Shown here piece after piece: positions 19,326-28,908 of a DNA stretch of 64,000 nt; position 1 is the stretch's first letter, and the number at the start of each line of letters is the position of its first letter. Position numbers and translations under genes: made by a program. The stretch lies in contig JABJOE010000002.1 in the NCBI GenBank assembly GCA_018664485.1, positions 11,896-75,895 on the forward strand. The letters run 5' to 3'. This DNA comes from Candidatus Uhrbacteria bacterium (GTDB lineage: Bacteria; Patescibacteriota; Patescibacteriia; UBA9934). Below the pieces are notes generated by a model that was not told the DNA's origin, did no database searches, and saw only the letters and a program-made list of their open reading frames with translations.

Positions 19326-20423
19326 ATGGGAGAAGACTACGGACATCCAGACCCAGAACGTCGCAGAGCTCAGGAACCGAAGGTTGAATCCGAAGGTACT
19401 GTGGAGACTCCTCAAAACCTAGATGACATAGAAGATTTCGGATTGAGAAGACAAGCTTTTGACATCGGACTAACAAAAATGAAAGAAGTGTTGAGAGGAA
19501 TGAACGGTTATGCAGTTTTTGCAGGAGGAGCAATGCAAATTCAAGGAATACAAAATGAAATAAAAAACTTTCCAGAAAAACCACCAGGAGATTTAGATGT
19601 TGCGGTAGCAGACACACAAACCCTCTTCAGAATTGCAGAAAGACTTACAAAACACGGAGCTCATATAAAGGGTGACAAAATTACAACGTCCACTTTAGAT
19701 GGAGCGAAAATCCTTGCAGGTCATTTTGTTATCGATATTCCGGGGATAGATGTCCCGGTAGAATATCCGTTTGAATTCTTTGCAAACACCACCCTTGTTC
19801 CAAATGATCTTATTGAACGTGCAGAAAACGATTCCGGTATACGCACCCTCAGCCTTAAAGACATAAAAGCTCAATACTCTCGCAACCTATCTTTTGAAAC
19901 AGTTGTCAAAAATAGTACCGAGTCAAAATTGGAGTATATTAATAGACAAGAATTTATAGACCTAGAAACGTCCGCACTAGCAGGTGACGTAAGTAAGAAA
20001 AAAGAGCTCGGCCTGATATTAAAAGACATTGGATTGTCATACAAAGAACTTAAAGAAGTTCGTGGCATGGTAGAAGCACATAAGAAAGAGAATCCTGACA
20101 ACTATATCGATCACGCCTTAAAAAACGAAGAGGTTGTAGGCTTACTTTCACGTGGACTAAAGGAAAAGGTAGAAAAAAGAAAAGCCAATATCTTAGAGAT
20201 CAAAAAGCTATTTCATCCTGAGGAGTTAAACACTGGAGAAATCAATCCAGTTTCGCCATACTCAGCAGAAGAAGGGGATGCGGAAAGAATCGAACCGGTT
20301 CCACCATACCTAGAGGAGGAGGATGAAATCACTGAAGAAATTCCCGCTCCCGTTCAACTTGTTCCGAGGAAAGGTGGTGGCGCAAACGCTGACGAGTATA
20401 AAGAAGGGGAAGAGGCTGCGTAA
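19326..20423 (+). CDS. Hypothetical protein with nucleotidyltransferase-like N-terminal motif
   Basis: YAVFAGGAM...PGDLDVAV (GG + DxD); helical C-terminal half; acidic termini. Confidence 0.5.
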   Translation: MGEDYGHPDPERRRAQEPKVESEGTVETPQNLDDIEDFGLRRQAFDIGLTKMKEVLRGMNGYAVFAGGAMQIQGIQNEIKNFPEKPPGDLDVAVADTQTLFRIAERLTKHGAHIKGDKITTSTLDGAKILAGHFVIDIPGIDVPVEYPFEFFANTTLVPNDLIERAENDSGIRTLSLKDIKAQYSRNLSFETVVKNSTESKLEYINRQEFIDLETSALAGDVSKKKELGLILKDIGLSYKELKEVRGMVEAHKKENPDNYIDHALKNEEVVGLLSRGLKEKVEKRKANILEIKKLFHPEELNTGEINPVSPYSAEEGDAERIEPVPPYLEEEDEITEEIPAPVQLVPRKGGGANADEYKEGEEAA

Positions 20424-20426
20424 AAA

Positions 20427-23030
20427 TTACTTCATCTCGCCCCAGTTGTTACCGATCTCAACATCAACTAAAAGTGGAACTTCTGAATTCCAAATACCTT
20501 CCATCATTGATCGTAGTTCCGGTACGATCTCATCAACCTTCGAAGCATTAACTTCAAACACAAGTTCATCGTGGACTTGCAACAACAACTCAACATCAAC
20601 GTGATCGCGCGTCCATTTTTCAACAACTAACATCGCCATTTTAATCAGGTCGGCCTGAGTTCCCTGAATCGGCATGTTAACCGCCATGCGCTCTGCAGCC
20701 GCAACCAACATTCCGATACCTCCGTTGATCTCCGGCAAATGTCGACGGCGACCGAAAAGCGTCTCAACGAATTCAAACTCGTGAGCACGCTTTTTTGTTT
20801 CCTCAATGTAATTTGCAATACCTGGATGAAGGTCGAAGTAGCGTGCAATAAATATCTTTGCTTCTTCTTTGGAAAGTCCGCTCGACTTTGCAAGATTACG
20901 TGAACCCATTCCGTATAGAATTCCAAAGTTCACTCCCTTGGCAGCTGAACGTTCTTCTTTTGTAACTTCTTCTTCTGGCTTATCTAAAATTTGTGCAGAC
21001 ACGCGACGGTGAATGTCGGCACCCGCTTTAAACGCGTCTATGAAAGCTTTATCATCAGCAAGTACAGCGGCAATTCGTAATTCGAACTGCGAGTAGTCGA
21101 TTGCTATCAATGTCTTTCCTTTCGGTGCAACGAATGCCTTACGGATTTCACGCCCGAGCTCGGTTCGAGTTGGAATGTTTTGTAGATTTGGTTCCGATGA
21201 TGACAGACGACCCGTTGCTGCAACCGTTTGGTTAAACGATGTATGAATTCGTCCGTCTTCTTTGCGTAACACAGGAAGCGCGTCGACATACGTAGACTTC
21301 AACTTCGCAATCTCACGATACTTTGAAATGAATGGAATGATTTCGTGCGCCTCCCACAACTTTTCAAGTTCACTCGCGGCAGTTGAAAAACTTTTCTTCG
21401 TTTTTTTAATTTTCTTTGTCGGCAATCCTAAATCTTCAAACAAAATATCCGACAACTGGGCAGGGGAGTTGATATTAAATTCGCGACCAGCAAGTTTGTG
21501 AATTTTTTCTGTGAGTTCCGCGATCTCACCTGCAAATCTTACCGACATCTCAGATAATTTCTTCTCGTCCAACATAATTCCAACTCGTTCCATACGATAC
21601 AGAACTGGAATGAGCGGCATCTCTACCTCATATGCGATCTTCTCCAACTTTTCCTCATCAATAATATCTACAAAGTCTCTGTGAAGATCCCAGATCTTTT
21701 TCGTGCAATCAATTGCGTCTGTCAGATCAACGGTTTCTTTCAAATATTCCTGTACCAATGTTTCGAGCTCAAACTTGCGTGCTGCCGAATCCAATAAATA
21801 CGCAGCGACCATCGTGTCGAACAATGTAGTCGTGTCCGGTGACCAGGAAAGCTCATGCATAACAGCTTTCAGATCATGGCCTACGATAAGTTCCGCACTA
21901 TCAAGTACCTTGATAACCTTCTCACCGTCACTCACTGATACAACGCTTACTTTCTTACCGTCCGACACAGCGAGAGATGCACCTGCGCCTCCAAACAAGT
22001 CCTGCTGACCTGCCAAGAGGTGAACGCAAAGTTTTTTACCGTCTAATTCTGAAAGTTTAACGGTCGCAGCTTTTTTTGTTTTTTTCTTCTTGGGTTCAAC
22101 CACGGCTTCCGGCTCCTCTTCAACCTCTTTTTCTGCGACCAGCCCCCTTGCCGCGTACTTTTTAAGCAGGTTACGAAACTCCAAGTCGCGGAATCGGGCC
22201 ACAAGAGCTTCAGCGTCTGGCTTTTTAACTTTTGCGTCCGACAATTTAAATCCACCAAGATCAACATCCAAAACTATCGTCACAAGGAACTTCATTTGTT
22301 GAGCTAGCTCTTCTTGACCACGAAACTTCTTTGCAAACTTTTCAACCACGTCACCTTTTTCAATGGCTGCATAAATTCCTTCAAGCGTGTCGTACTCTTT
22401 CAAAAGAGTCGTTGCTGTTTTGGCGCCAACTCCAGTAATCCCAGGAAGGTTATCAGAACTGTCTCCCATCATCGCCTTTAAATCTATCAACTGATCAGTT
22501 CGCAACTCATAGCGTTCCATCACAGCAGCTTCGTCGTATGTTTTTGTTTGACTAACTCCTTTCACAAAAAAGATAACTTCTGCCTGACCGTCTTTTACAA
22601 GCTGTAGAGAATCCAAATCACCGGTTACAATTTGCACCATCAAGTCAGACTTGCATCCGAATTTCTTTGCGATGGTTCCGATCACGTCGTCAGCCTCCAT
22701 GCCGGCAACTGACAGTGAAGGAATATTGTAATGCTTCAGTAGGTCCTGAATGATTTCAATCTGAGCGTAGAGCTCATCGGGTCTTTTCTCACGGTTCGCT
22801 TTGTATTCTTTAAATGCTTCATGACGAAAAGTTCCACCCGGCAAGTCCCATGCGACAGCCATGTACTCAGGGTTGAACCTCTCGAGCATCTTCTCAACCG
22901 TCATCGTAAAGCCGTATGCAGCGTGCACCACAATGCCGTCTTTTGTAGTAAGTGGGGGTAGCGCATGCCATGCACGGTGCAAAAGCGCGTTACCGTCTAA
23001 TATAATAAAAGATTTTGGTTTGTCGGACAT
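20427..23030 (-). CDS. polA: DNA polymerase I
   Basis: LDGNALLHRAWHA 5'-3' exonuclease; TGRLSSSEPNLQNIP, DYSQFELR, QVHDEL. Confidence 0.97.
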   Translation of the reverse strand: MSDKPKSFIILDGNALLHRAWHALPPLTTKDGIVVHAAYGFTMTVEKMLERFNPEYMAVAWDLPGGTFRHEAFKEYKANREKRPDELYAQIEIIQDLLKHYNIPSLSVAGMEADDVIGTIAKKFGCKSDLMVQIVTGDLDSLQLVKDGQAEVIFFVKGVSQTKTYDEAAVMERYELRTDQLIDLKAMMGDSSDNLPGITGVGAKTATTLLKEYDTLEGIYAAIEKGDVVEKFAKKFRGQEELAQQMKFLVTIVLDVDLGGFKLSDAKVKKPDAEALVARFRDLEFRNLLKKYAARGLVAEKEVEEEPEAVVEPKKKKTKKAATVKLSELDGKKLCVHLLAGQQDLFGGAGASLAVSDGKKVSVVSVSDGEKVIKVLDSAELIVGHDLKAVMHELSWSPDTTTLFDTMVAAYLLDSAARKFELETLVQEYLKETVDLTDAIDCTKKIWDLHRDFVDIIDEEKLEKIAYEVEMPLIPVLYRMERVGIMLDEKKLSEMSVRFAGEIAELTEKIHKLAGREFNINSPAQLSDILFEDLGLPTKKIKKTKKSFSTAASELEKLWEAHEIIPFISKYREIAKLKSTYVDALPVLRKEDGRIHTSFNQTVAATGRLSSSEPNLQNIPTRTELGREIRKAFVAPKGKTLIAIDYSQFELRIAAVLADDKAFIDAFKAGADIHRRVSAQILDKPEEEVTKEERSAAKGVNFGILYGMGSRNLAKSSGLSKEEAKIFIARYFDLHPGIANYIEETKKRAHEFEFVETLFGRRRHLPEINGGIGMLVAAAERMAVNMPIQGTQADLIKMAMLVVEKWTRDHVDVELLLQVHDELVFEVNASKVDEIVPELRSMMEGIWNSEVPLLVDVEIGNNWGEMK

Positions 23031-23131
23031 ATATATTCAAGTTCACCCTGGCGATAACAGCGAGCCAGATAGTGGTTTCTTTGAGTATATTATCACGAAA
23101 GGTCCGATGCACTATGTAAGCCATAGCCAGA

Positions 23132-23165
23132 TGCAGAAAGCCCCCACCAGCCGAAGCCGATGGGG
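23132..23165 (-). terminator. GC hairpin (UUCG loop) + TGCA 3' element
   Basis: Minus strand ccccatcggc-ttcg-gctggtgggg, then gctttc, TGCA. Confidence 0.55.
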
Positions 23166-23225
23166 AACTTGAGAGTCACGACCCCGAGAGGGTCGGACTG
23201 TTGTCGGGACGAGGCGAGGCCTCGT

Positions 23226-24182
23226 CTATGCGGCGGCGCGCTGGTTGCTGAAGGCCGTACCGATCGGGGTCTCCAGAGCCAACTCGGTGGCCGGGACGTC
23301 GAAGCGGACGGACTCGTCCTTGTCCACGATGGTGCACAGGTCGAGCTTGACCAGGCCACGACGACCGAGGGTCTGCATGACGATGCCCTTGGTCGGACCA
23401 AGGAGGGTCAGCTCGATGCCGGTGTTGGTCACCTTGAAGGCCCAGCCGTAGTTGCCGATGGACACGGTGGCCATCACGTCGGTGTCGCTGTAGACGCGGG
23501 TTGCGATCGGGGTCTTGTTGTCGTCGTAGCCCTTGAGCTTGGAGATGTCGATCTTGCCGTACCGAGCGCCGTCGAGGAACTTCGAGATCTTGAAGTCGTC
23601 GGAGTGCTTGGCGATGGCGAGCTTCATGTCCTTGCTCGGGATCACGGTCATGACGGCGCTCTTGCCATCGACCACGTCGAGGTGACCGGACACGGACAGG
23701 GCCACGGTGGTCTTGCCGATGTTCACCTTCTCGAAGCTGAACTCGCCGGTCTGCGTACCGATGACGGTGGACCAGGAGGAGCCGGGGTCGACGATCTTGG
23801 TGATGCCGGTGTCGTCGTAGTCGAGGGCCTGGCTGAAGTCGAGACGCTGCGCGGTGAAGTGCAGGACGTCGTTCCAGCCGTCGTCGTTGAGCTCGGTGTC
23901 GATGTCGCCGTTGGCGCTCAGAGCCGTCGCGAAGATCATGCCGTTGGTGTTCACGCCGCGAACGATGCGGTTGGTGTTGTCGGGCAGATCACTCACGTTG
24001 GAGCTGACGTAGAAGGTGCGGTCGGCCTGGTCGTAGCTGACGTGGCTGTTGGAGCCGGCGTCGAACAGGACGTCGTCGCTCATGTCGTCGTCGCTGTCCA
24101 TGTTCACGACCTTGTAGGGCGCGGTGGGCATGGTGGCGAAGAGAGCGAGGAAGGTCAGGATCTGGATCTTGTTGGTATGCAA
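23226..24182 (-). CDS. High-GC orphan beta-rich protein, possibly exported
   Basis: Nearly all third positions G/C; the ORF-track TTG at 24284 is the -35 hexamer (TTGACA-17-CAGAAT), so the start is likely TTG 24182; hydrophobic N-terminus. Confidence 0.65.
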   Translation of the reverse strand: MHTNKIQILTFLALFATMPTAPYKVVNMDSDDDMSDDVLFDAGSNSHVSYDQADRTFYVSSNVSDLPDNTNRIVRGVNTNGMIFATALSANGDIDTELNDDGWNDVLHFTAQRLDFSQALDYDDTGITKIVDPGSSWSTVIGTQTGEFSFEKVNIGKTTVALSVSGHLDVVDGKSAVMTVIPSKDMKLAIAKHSDDFKISKFLDGARYGKIDISKLKGYDDNKTPIATRVYSDTDVMATVSIGNYGWAFKVTNTGIELTLLGPTKGIVMQTLGRRGLVKLDLCTIVDKDESVRFDVPATELALETPIGTAFSNQRAAA

Positions 24183-24429
24183 GGTGCACTCTTTTTGAAG
24201 TGGACTCGTAAGTCCGGGTTGTTGCTCTATCCAAGGTTGGGGTCGAGACGGCGCAATTCTGCCACAGCTAGCGAATCCTGTCAAGGGATTTGTGCAGGTA
24301 TCGGAAAAGTGGCCATAAAAGTAAAAGAAATATTTATATCTAATCTAAGCCAATATATAAGTCCACAGGCACCGGGCGTTACACAATGATGTGTCGTATA
24401 ATGCTAATATAACGTTTCTATACCTATAT

Positions 24430-25347
24430 ATGGCAACAAAATCAGTCATACAAAAGCATATTCGTCGATATCTTGAGTACCTTGAAGTTGAGCGAGGTCG
24501 CTCAGCACGTACCGTCCGTAACTACGACTTCTACCTCACGCGCTTTGCGACATGGGCAGAATTCCCAAACCCATCAAAAATCGATAAAGAGCTCCTTCGC
24601 CGATATCGCCTTCACCTCAATCGAGACATAGAAGGGCGCGACGAACCGACTCTTAAAAAGAGCACTCAGAATTATCATCTAATTGCTCTTCGTAACTTTC
24701 TTAAATATCTTTCACGCAACGACATAAAAACAATGTCGCCTGATAAGATCGAGTTAGCTAAAACCGGAACACGAAAAGTTGAGTTCCTCGAAGAAGATGA
24801 ACTGCGACGAATGTTCGGAGTGCTCGAAGATGCTGACGGGCTCATCGGTAAGCGAGACCGCGCTATGGTATACATGCTTTTTTCAACCGGCCTTCGTGTT
24901 TCAGAGTTGGCGAATTTAAAAATCGACCAAGTAAATTTGAAGCGTGAAGAGTTCACAATAAAGGGGAAGGGGTCTAAACATCGTGTTGTGTTTGTGTCGG
25001 AGAAAGCACGCAAGGCAGTGAAAGAATATCTCGACGCACGTGGTGACACGAGCCCATATATGTTTGTCGGTCACGATCGCGCAAAGGCGTCGCGCGAAAA
25101 AATGCCTGTGTCGCCCCGCACAGTGCAACGAACTATCGAACGCTACGCCGCGGAAGCCGGAATCACAAAACGCATCACACCTCACACTCTGCGTCACACA
25201 TTCGCAACCGACCTTCTGCAAAATGGTGCAGACATAAGGTCAGTGCAAGCGATGCTCGGCCACGAGTCAATTACTACAACTCAAATCTACACCCACGTCA
25301 CCGACCGTAAACTAAAAGCTGTACACAAAAAGTTTCATAATAAATAA
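24430..25347 (+). CDS. xerD: Tyrosine recombinase XerC/XerD family
   Basis: SAM-like N-domain; TGLRVSEL, KGKGSK, HTLRHTFAT, LGH, TTQIYTHV. Confidence 0.88.
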   Translation: MATKSVIQKHIRRYLEYLEVERGRSARTVRNYDFYLTRFATWAEFPNPSKIDKELLRRYRLHLNRDIEGRDEPTLKKSTQNYHLIALRNFLKYLSRNDIKTMSPDKIELAKTGTRKVEFLEEDELRRMFGVLEDADGLIGKRDRAMVYMLFSTGLRVSELANLKIDQVNLKREEFTIKGKGSKHRVVFVSEKARKAVKEYLDARGDTSPYMFVGHDRAKASREKMPVSPRTVQRTIERYAAEAGITKRITPHTLRHTFATDLLQNGADIRSVQAMLGHESITTTQIYTHVTDRKLKAVHKKFHNK

Positions 25348-25349
25348 GA

Positions 25350-25771
25350 AGGTGATCAGGTAGAAAGGTATTCAGGTATGCAAGGTAAAACAAAAACTTT
25401 TCAAAAAATTGTAGCCTGGCAACTTGCGCATGAATTCGTGCAAGAGGTTTACAAGGTGACAATTGAGTTTCCCCAAGAAGAAATTTACGGTATCACTAGC
25501 CAGATACGTCGTGCGTCAATTTCTATAGCAACCAATATAGTAGAAGGTCGAGCTCGCGGATCAACAAAAGACTTTATCAGATTTCTGCACATGTCTCGTG
25601 GATCTCTTGAAGAAGTAGAATACCTTCTCATAGCAAGCCGCGATCTTGGATATATCTCAGCAGATAATTACAACACGTTAGACTCAAAGCTATCACGAAC
25701 GGGAGCTGTTCTAAATGGCCTAATTCGCTCCCTACGTCTTAAATCCTGACCACCCAACTACCCGATCACCT
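25350..25771. repeat. 27-bp imperfect inverted repeats made of 8-mer units, flanking the four-helix-bundle gene
   Basis: aggtgatcaggtagaaaggtattcagg 25350-25376 vs cctgaccacccaactacccgatcacct 25745-25771; 21/27 Watson-Crick pairs. Confidence 0.75.
25378..25749 (+). CDS. Four helix bundle protein (TIGR02436 / 23S rRNA IVP family)
   Basis: AWQLAH, FPQEEIYGITSQIRRASISIATNIVEG, FLHMSRGSLEE. Confidence 0.92.
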   Translation: MQGKTKTFQKIVAWQLAHEFVQEVYKVTIEFPQEEIYGITSQIRRASISIATNIVEGRARGSTKDFIRFLHMSRGSLEEVEYLLIASRDLGYISADNYNTLDSKLSRTGAVLNGLIRSLRLKS

Positions 25772-25780
25772 GAAAACCCT

Positions 25781-26953
25781 ATGATTGACGATATAAAAAA
25801 ATACTACGCGTTTCGATCACTTATAAAGAGGTTCATCGTTCCAGTACTGGTTGTCTTCATGGTCCAAAGTGGGCTTACCATTGAGCAGATCGCAATAATT
25901 GGAGTAGTGACTGGGGTAATCGGATTCGTCTTGGAGATACCTAGTGGAGCCGTCGCCGACACTCTCGGGCATAAAAGAACACTCATTCTTTCAATGCTCG
26001 GTCAGGCTCTTGCAATGGGACTTTACCTTGGTGGATCGTTTTGGTGGATACTCGCAGCGTCAGTTATGTACTGGGGAGCCGGCACATTGATGACCGGAAC
26101 TATGCAGGCGCTTTTCTTCGAGCGATTGCAAGAACTTGGTCGAGAGAAAGAACATCAAAAGCTAAGCGGTAGGGCGCGATCAATATCCCAAGCATTCAGC
26201 ATTATTGCGATGATTCTCTCGGGCCTCGCATATGCGTGGCATTGGTGGCTACCATTTATAGTCGGTGTGGCCCAATTCTTGCTTGCCGGATTAATTATTT
26301 CTTTCTTTCATCAAGCAAAAAAACAAACCAGCGTCGCACGCTTCGAACCCAAGGCCATCTTGTCACATATTAAACTCGGATTTGCTGAAGTTAGAAAGTC
26401 GTCGAAACTTTTTTGGCTTACAATATTCAACTCACTAATTCTAGGGTTAGTATTCGGGTCAGCAGAATTTCACCAAGTACTACTAGAAAATTCCGGCCTT
26501 GCCGTAGCGATGTTTGGAGCCGTATATGCAGTAAAGCGAATAGTTGGAGTTGTGGTTCCGCCATTCGTTCATCGCATTACGAATAAACTTTCTGTACCGT
26601 TGTTTTGTGGAGCGTCTGGAATATTCGTGTCAGCAATACTCATACTGGTACTTGCTGTTGGCAGCCCATGGGCAATGGCCGCTCTGCTCGGTATCTCCTC
26701 AGCGCCCTACATAGCATTGACCGTTGCAGGAAATGACTTTAAAAATCAACTCATCAAAAGCTCGTCGCGCGCGACGATTCTGTCTATAAGTAATCTCGTT
26801 CAGCAGATATTCTCACTGACATTCATCGGCTCAATAGGGCTGGCAATAGCATTTGCAGAACTACCATTACTCTATGCTGCGTGGGGAATCGCACTAGCAC
26901 TTATCATCGGAATCCTCATGCCACCATTCATTCGAGCCTACCGCACGGCTTAA
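25781..26953 (+). CDS. MFS transporter
   Basis: About 12 TM; EIPSGAVADTLGHKRTL motif A. Confidence 0.88.
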   Translation: MIDDIKKYYAFRSLIKRFIVPVLVVFMVQSGLTIEQIAIIGVVTGVIGFVLEIPSGAVADTLGHKRTLILSMLGQALAMGLYLGGSFWWILAASVMYWGAGTLMTGTMQALFFERLQELGREKEHQKLSGRARSISQAFSIIAMILSGLAYAWHWWLPFIVGVAQFLLAGLIISFFHQAKKQTSVARFEPKAILSHIKLGFAEVRKSSKLFWLTIFNSLILGLVFGSAEFHQVLLENSGLAVAMFGAVYAVKRIVGVVVPPFVHRITNKLSVPLFCGASGIFVSAILILVLAVGSPWAMAALLGISSAPYIALTVAGNDFKNQLIKSSSRATILSISNLVQQIFSLTFIGSIGLAIAFAELPLLYAAWGIALALIIGILMPPFIRAYRTA

Positions 26954-27007
26954 CTTTTCAAAAATAGTCTTACCTAACAAAAAACCTCCCGAAAGGGAGA
27001 TTTTTTC

Positions 27008-27170
27008 ATGGGGCGGCTAACGGGAATATGGCTACGCCATGTATTCAGCTCCTCGCTCGGTCATATCAAAATACATTTTGTTGCGACGCTCACTCGTCGC
27101 TGCTATCGAACCCCGCATTACGGGCTCAATTCCCGCATACAAAAACAACTCCCTTTCGGGAGCTGCCTTA
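27008..27170 (-). repeat. tRNA-linked ~162-bp unit duplicating the 3' end of tRNA-His
   Basis: atggggcggctaacgggaat at 27008-27027 and 27170-27189; each copy followed on - by a ctccc/gggag terminator hairpin. Confidence 0.8.
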
Positions 27171-27246
27171 TGGGGCGGCTAACGGGAATCGAACCCGTAA
27201 TACTAGTACCACAAACTAGTGTGATAACCGTTTCACCATAGCCGCC
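27171..27246 (-). tRNA. tRNA-His (GTG)
   Basis: G-1 plus GCGGCTA stem; CTAGT-TTGTGGT-ACTAG anticodon arm; CCA. Confidence 0.93.
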
Positions 27247-27427
27247 ATGCTCTGCTCGCTAGCTATTTGGCGATCTATCGTTTCCAGCCTGTGCGCGTCG
27301 CTCTCCGTACGTTATCAGTACGCTTCGCTTTCGTGCTCGGCCGTCAAAGAGATCTCATCCAAACATCTACGCTCGCTTTTGTGTGTTGTGCGTACCGGCT
27401 TCAGAAGTAGCAAACCTATGAAGTCAG

Positions 27428-27504
27428 TGGTGCGCCCGGTAGGACTCGAACCTACAACCTTGAGGTTAGAACCCTCCTGCTCTATCCGGTTGAGCTACAG
27501 GCGC
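27428..27504 (-). tRNA. tRNA-Arg (TCT)
   Basis: GCGCCTG stem, loop GT-TCT-AA, GGTTCGAGTCC, CCA. Confidence 0.92.
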
Positions 27505-27567
27505 ATTTTGCGCAGGGAATATAACCGATTTTGAGGAATAAATCAAGCCTAGGGCCAAGAATCTAGT

Positions 27568-28368
27568 TTACTCAATCACCAAGCAAACCGGCGCGTGATC
27601 AGAACCTATCGCATCCATCCTTATATAAGCCTCCTTAATACGCCCCTTAAGCTTCTCGCTTGCAAAGAAATAATCAATCCGCCAACCAACATTCCTTTCC
27701 CGAGCCTTTGCAAAATAACTCCACCAAGAATACTGACCCTCATCTTCTGGGTGCAAATGTCGAAAAGTATCTATATATCCAGCTCCAACAATATTATCAA
27801 CACCTTCACGCTCCTCATCCGTGAATCCTGCGTTCCTTCTATTATCTTTTGGCCGAGCTAGATCGATCTCATTGTGAGCAACATTCAAGTCGCCACACAT
27901 TATTACTGGCTTTTTCTTCTCTAAATCCTTTATATGCTGCAAAAACAGCGGGTCCCATCTCTTATGACGATATTCAAGCCGCTCCAGACTTCGTTTAGAA
28001 TTAGGTGTATATACGGTTACTAGATAGTAATCCTCAAATTCGGCAGTAATCACACGCCCTTCGCCCAAAGCATCCCCAAAAGAATCCGTAAGCTCACCGT
28101 CACTCACACCAGGCATGTCATAAATGACTGAGATTGGCTTAATTTTTGTGAAAATGGCAGTCCCAGAATAGCCTTTTCTCTCAGCCGAATTCCAAATCTC
28201 CTCATATTCGGGAAGATCTATCTCTGCCTGACCTTGCTGGGCCTTCGTTTCCTGAAGGCAAAGAATATCAGGCTTTTCGTCCTCTATAAAAGGCAAAAAA
28301 GCATCCTTACGGATAACTGCACGAATACCGTTTACATTCCAAGAAATTATTTTTGTGGTTTTACTCAT
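27568..28368 (-). CDS. xth: Exodeoxyribonuclease III
   Basis: [35 protein letters not shown]. Confidence 0.95.
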   Translation of the reverse strand: MSKTTKIISWNVNGIRAVIRKDAFLPFIEDEKPDILCLQETKAQQGQAEIDLPEYEEIWNSAERKGYSGTAIFTKIKPISVIYDMPGVSDGELTDSFGDALGEGRVITAEFEDYYLVTVYTPNSKRSLERLEYRHKRWDPLFLQHIKDLEKKKPVIMCGDLNVAHNEIDLARPKDNRRNAGFTDEEREGVDNIVGAGYIDTFRHLHPEDEGQYSWWSYFAKARERNVGWRIDYFFASEKLKGRIKEAYIRMDAIGSDHAPVCLVIE

Positions 28369-28408
28369 ATAACAGGAACATCGTATCACAGCCGTATACC
28401 AAAACATG

Positions 28409-28520
28409 TTGACAGATTCCCAAGATTTCGCTAGTATTCCCCCGTAAATAACCCGCTGTCTGTCTTGGATCGATCGTTGAGCGACGACGTTCTAGGGCTG
28501 TCAGATGAAATCTCAAAGAT
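28409..28520 (+). promoter_or_regulatory. rpsO promoter and structured 5' leader
   Basis: TTGACA-17-TAGTAT; leader with nested stems (tcgttgagcgacga; cttgga/tctagg; tctg/caga). Confidence 0.55.
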
Positions 28521-28796
28521 ATGCTCAAGAAGAACAAAAAGCAGAAGCTGATTGACAAGTTTAAGACTCACGACACGGACACTGGTTCGCCACAAGTCCA
28601 GATCGCTATCCTCACAGAGGAAGTGAAGGAGCTAACAAAGCACCTTCGCGAGCATAAGAAAGATTTTTCTTCCCGCCGTGGTCTTGTCAAAAAAGTTACT
28701 GAACGCCGACGTCTCATGCGATACTTGAAGCGTGAAGACAAGAAGGCTTACGAAAAGCTTGTTGTTGATTTGAAGATCCGACCCCTTTCAGAGTAA
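28521..28796 (+). CDS. rpsO: 30S ribosomal protein S15
   Basis: DTGSPQVQIAILT, HKKDFSSRRGL. Confidence 0.97.
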   Translation: MLKKNKKQKLIDKFKTHDTDTGSPQVQIAILTEEVKELTKHLREHKKDFSSRRGLVKKVTERRRLMRYLKREDKKAYEKLVVDLKIRPLSE

Positions 28797-28908
28797 TTTC
28801 CCCGTTAGCCCGCCTACCCGGTTGGGCTTTCGGCTTTTAAAAAGAAAGTTCCTTTAAAAATAACGCTGCAAAAAAGCACGTTCACATTTTATTAAATAAG
28901 CAACTCAC

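Noticed and set aside
21600-22100. Degenerate 3'-5' exonuclease domain of PolA
   Set aside because: Common in many bacterial Pol I enzymes.
23160-24389. 409-aa plus-strand ORF
   Set aside because: Antisense shadow of the high-GC3 minus-strand gene, which has the promoter and 3' hairpins.
24430-25347. Tyrosine recombinase as an integron integrase or prophage integrase
   Set aside because: Looks like housekeeping XerC/D, with no evident IntI insertion and no phage genes nearby; canonical attC ends were not identified.
25378-25749. Diversity-generating retroelement (Avd-like gene)
   Set aside because: No reverse transcriptase or TR/VR pair in the window.
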